Origin: Mizuhopecten yessoensis | Lineage: Eukaryota | Length of the DNA stretch: 64,000 bases | Direction of reading: 5' to 3' | NCBI RefSeq assembly: GCF_002113885.1 | Contig: NW_018408896.1 | Coordinates: 186,001-250,000 of the forward strand | In this document: one piece after another, positions 63,867 through 64,000 of the stretch | How positions within the stretch are numbered: position 1 is the first letter of the stretch | How the letters are laid out: every line of letters begins with the position of its first letter | The notes under the pieces: generated by a model | Seen by the model: only the letters and a program-made list of their open reading frames with translations | The model's database searches: none | What the model was told of the DNA's origin: nothing | Program-made: the position numbers and the translations under genes

Positions 63867-64000
63867 AGGGGCATCACGGTGAAGTAACTTTATTTTTTGT
63901 CTTTTTTTCAAATACTACATAAACATATCAAGTGAGACTCCTTATGGAAAATAACGGTCGGATTTGGCTGAAATAGATTCATAAAAATGATTAAATCTAA
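63867..64000. mobile_element. Possible left end of another Kolobok-type element
   Basis: TTAA|AGGGGCATCACGG terminus; the partner TIR would lie outside the window. Confidence 0.3.

Overview
AT-rich, intron-rich animal genomic DNA; the SINE, LINE and MITE content suggests a bivalve mollusc, possibly a scallop (inference). Host genes: an AKR1-type aldo-keto reductase (+, exon 1 not found) whose catalytic Tyr and His are replaced; a GT11 alpha-1,2-fucosyltransferase (-); SDHD (+); LHPP (-, 7 exons over ~19.5 kb); and the first exon of an unidentified gene head-to-head with LHPP. The rest is SINEs, CR1-group LINE fragments, foldback MITEs, a Kolobok-type element, tRNA-containing solo LTRs and several minisatellites, one built from LHPP exon 6 plus its splice donor. 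Main hit: an intact HERO-type (RT + restriction-like endonuclease) retrotransposon sits in LHPP intron 4 as a head-to-tail ~1.2-mer. Each 3' UTR copy holds every conserved hammerhead-ribozyme core nucleotide, in a strand order that is none of types I/II/III, with a Kt-7-like kink-turn in stem III. The two predicted cleavage sites are one unit (3768 nt) apart, suggesting a possible self-cleaving or circular RNA step. All folds were derived by eye and are untested.
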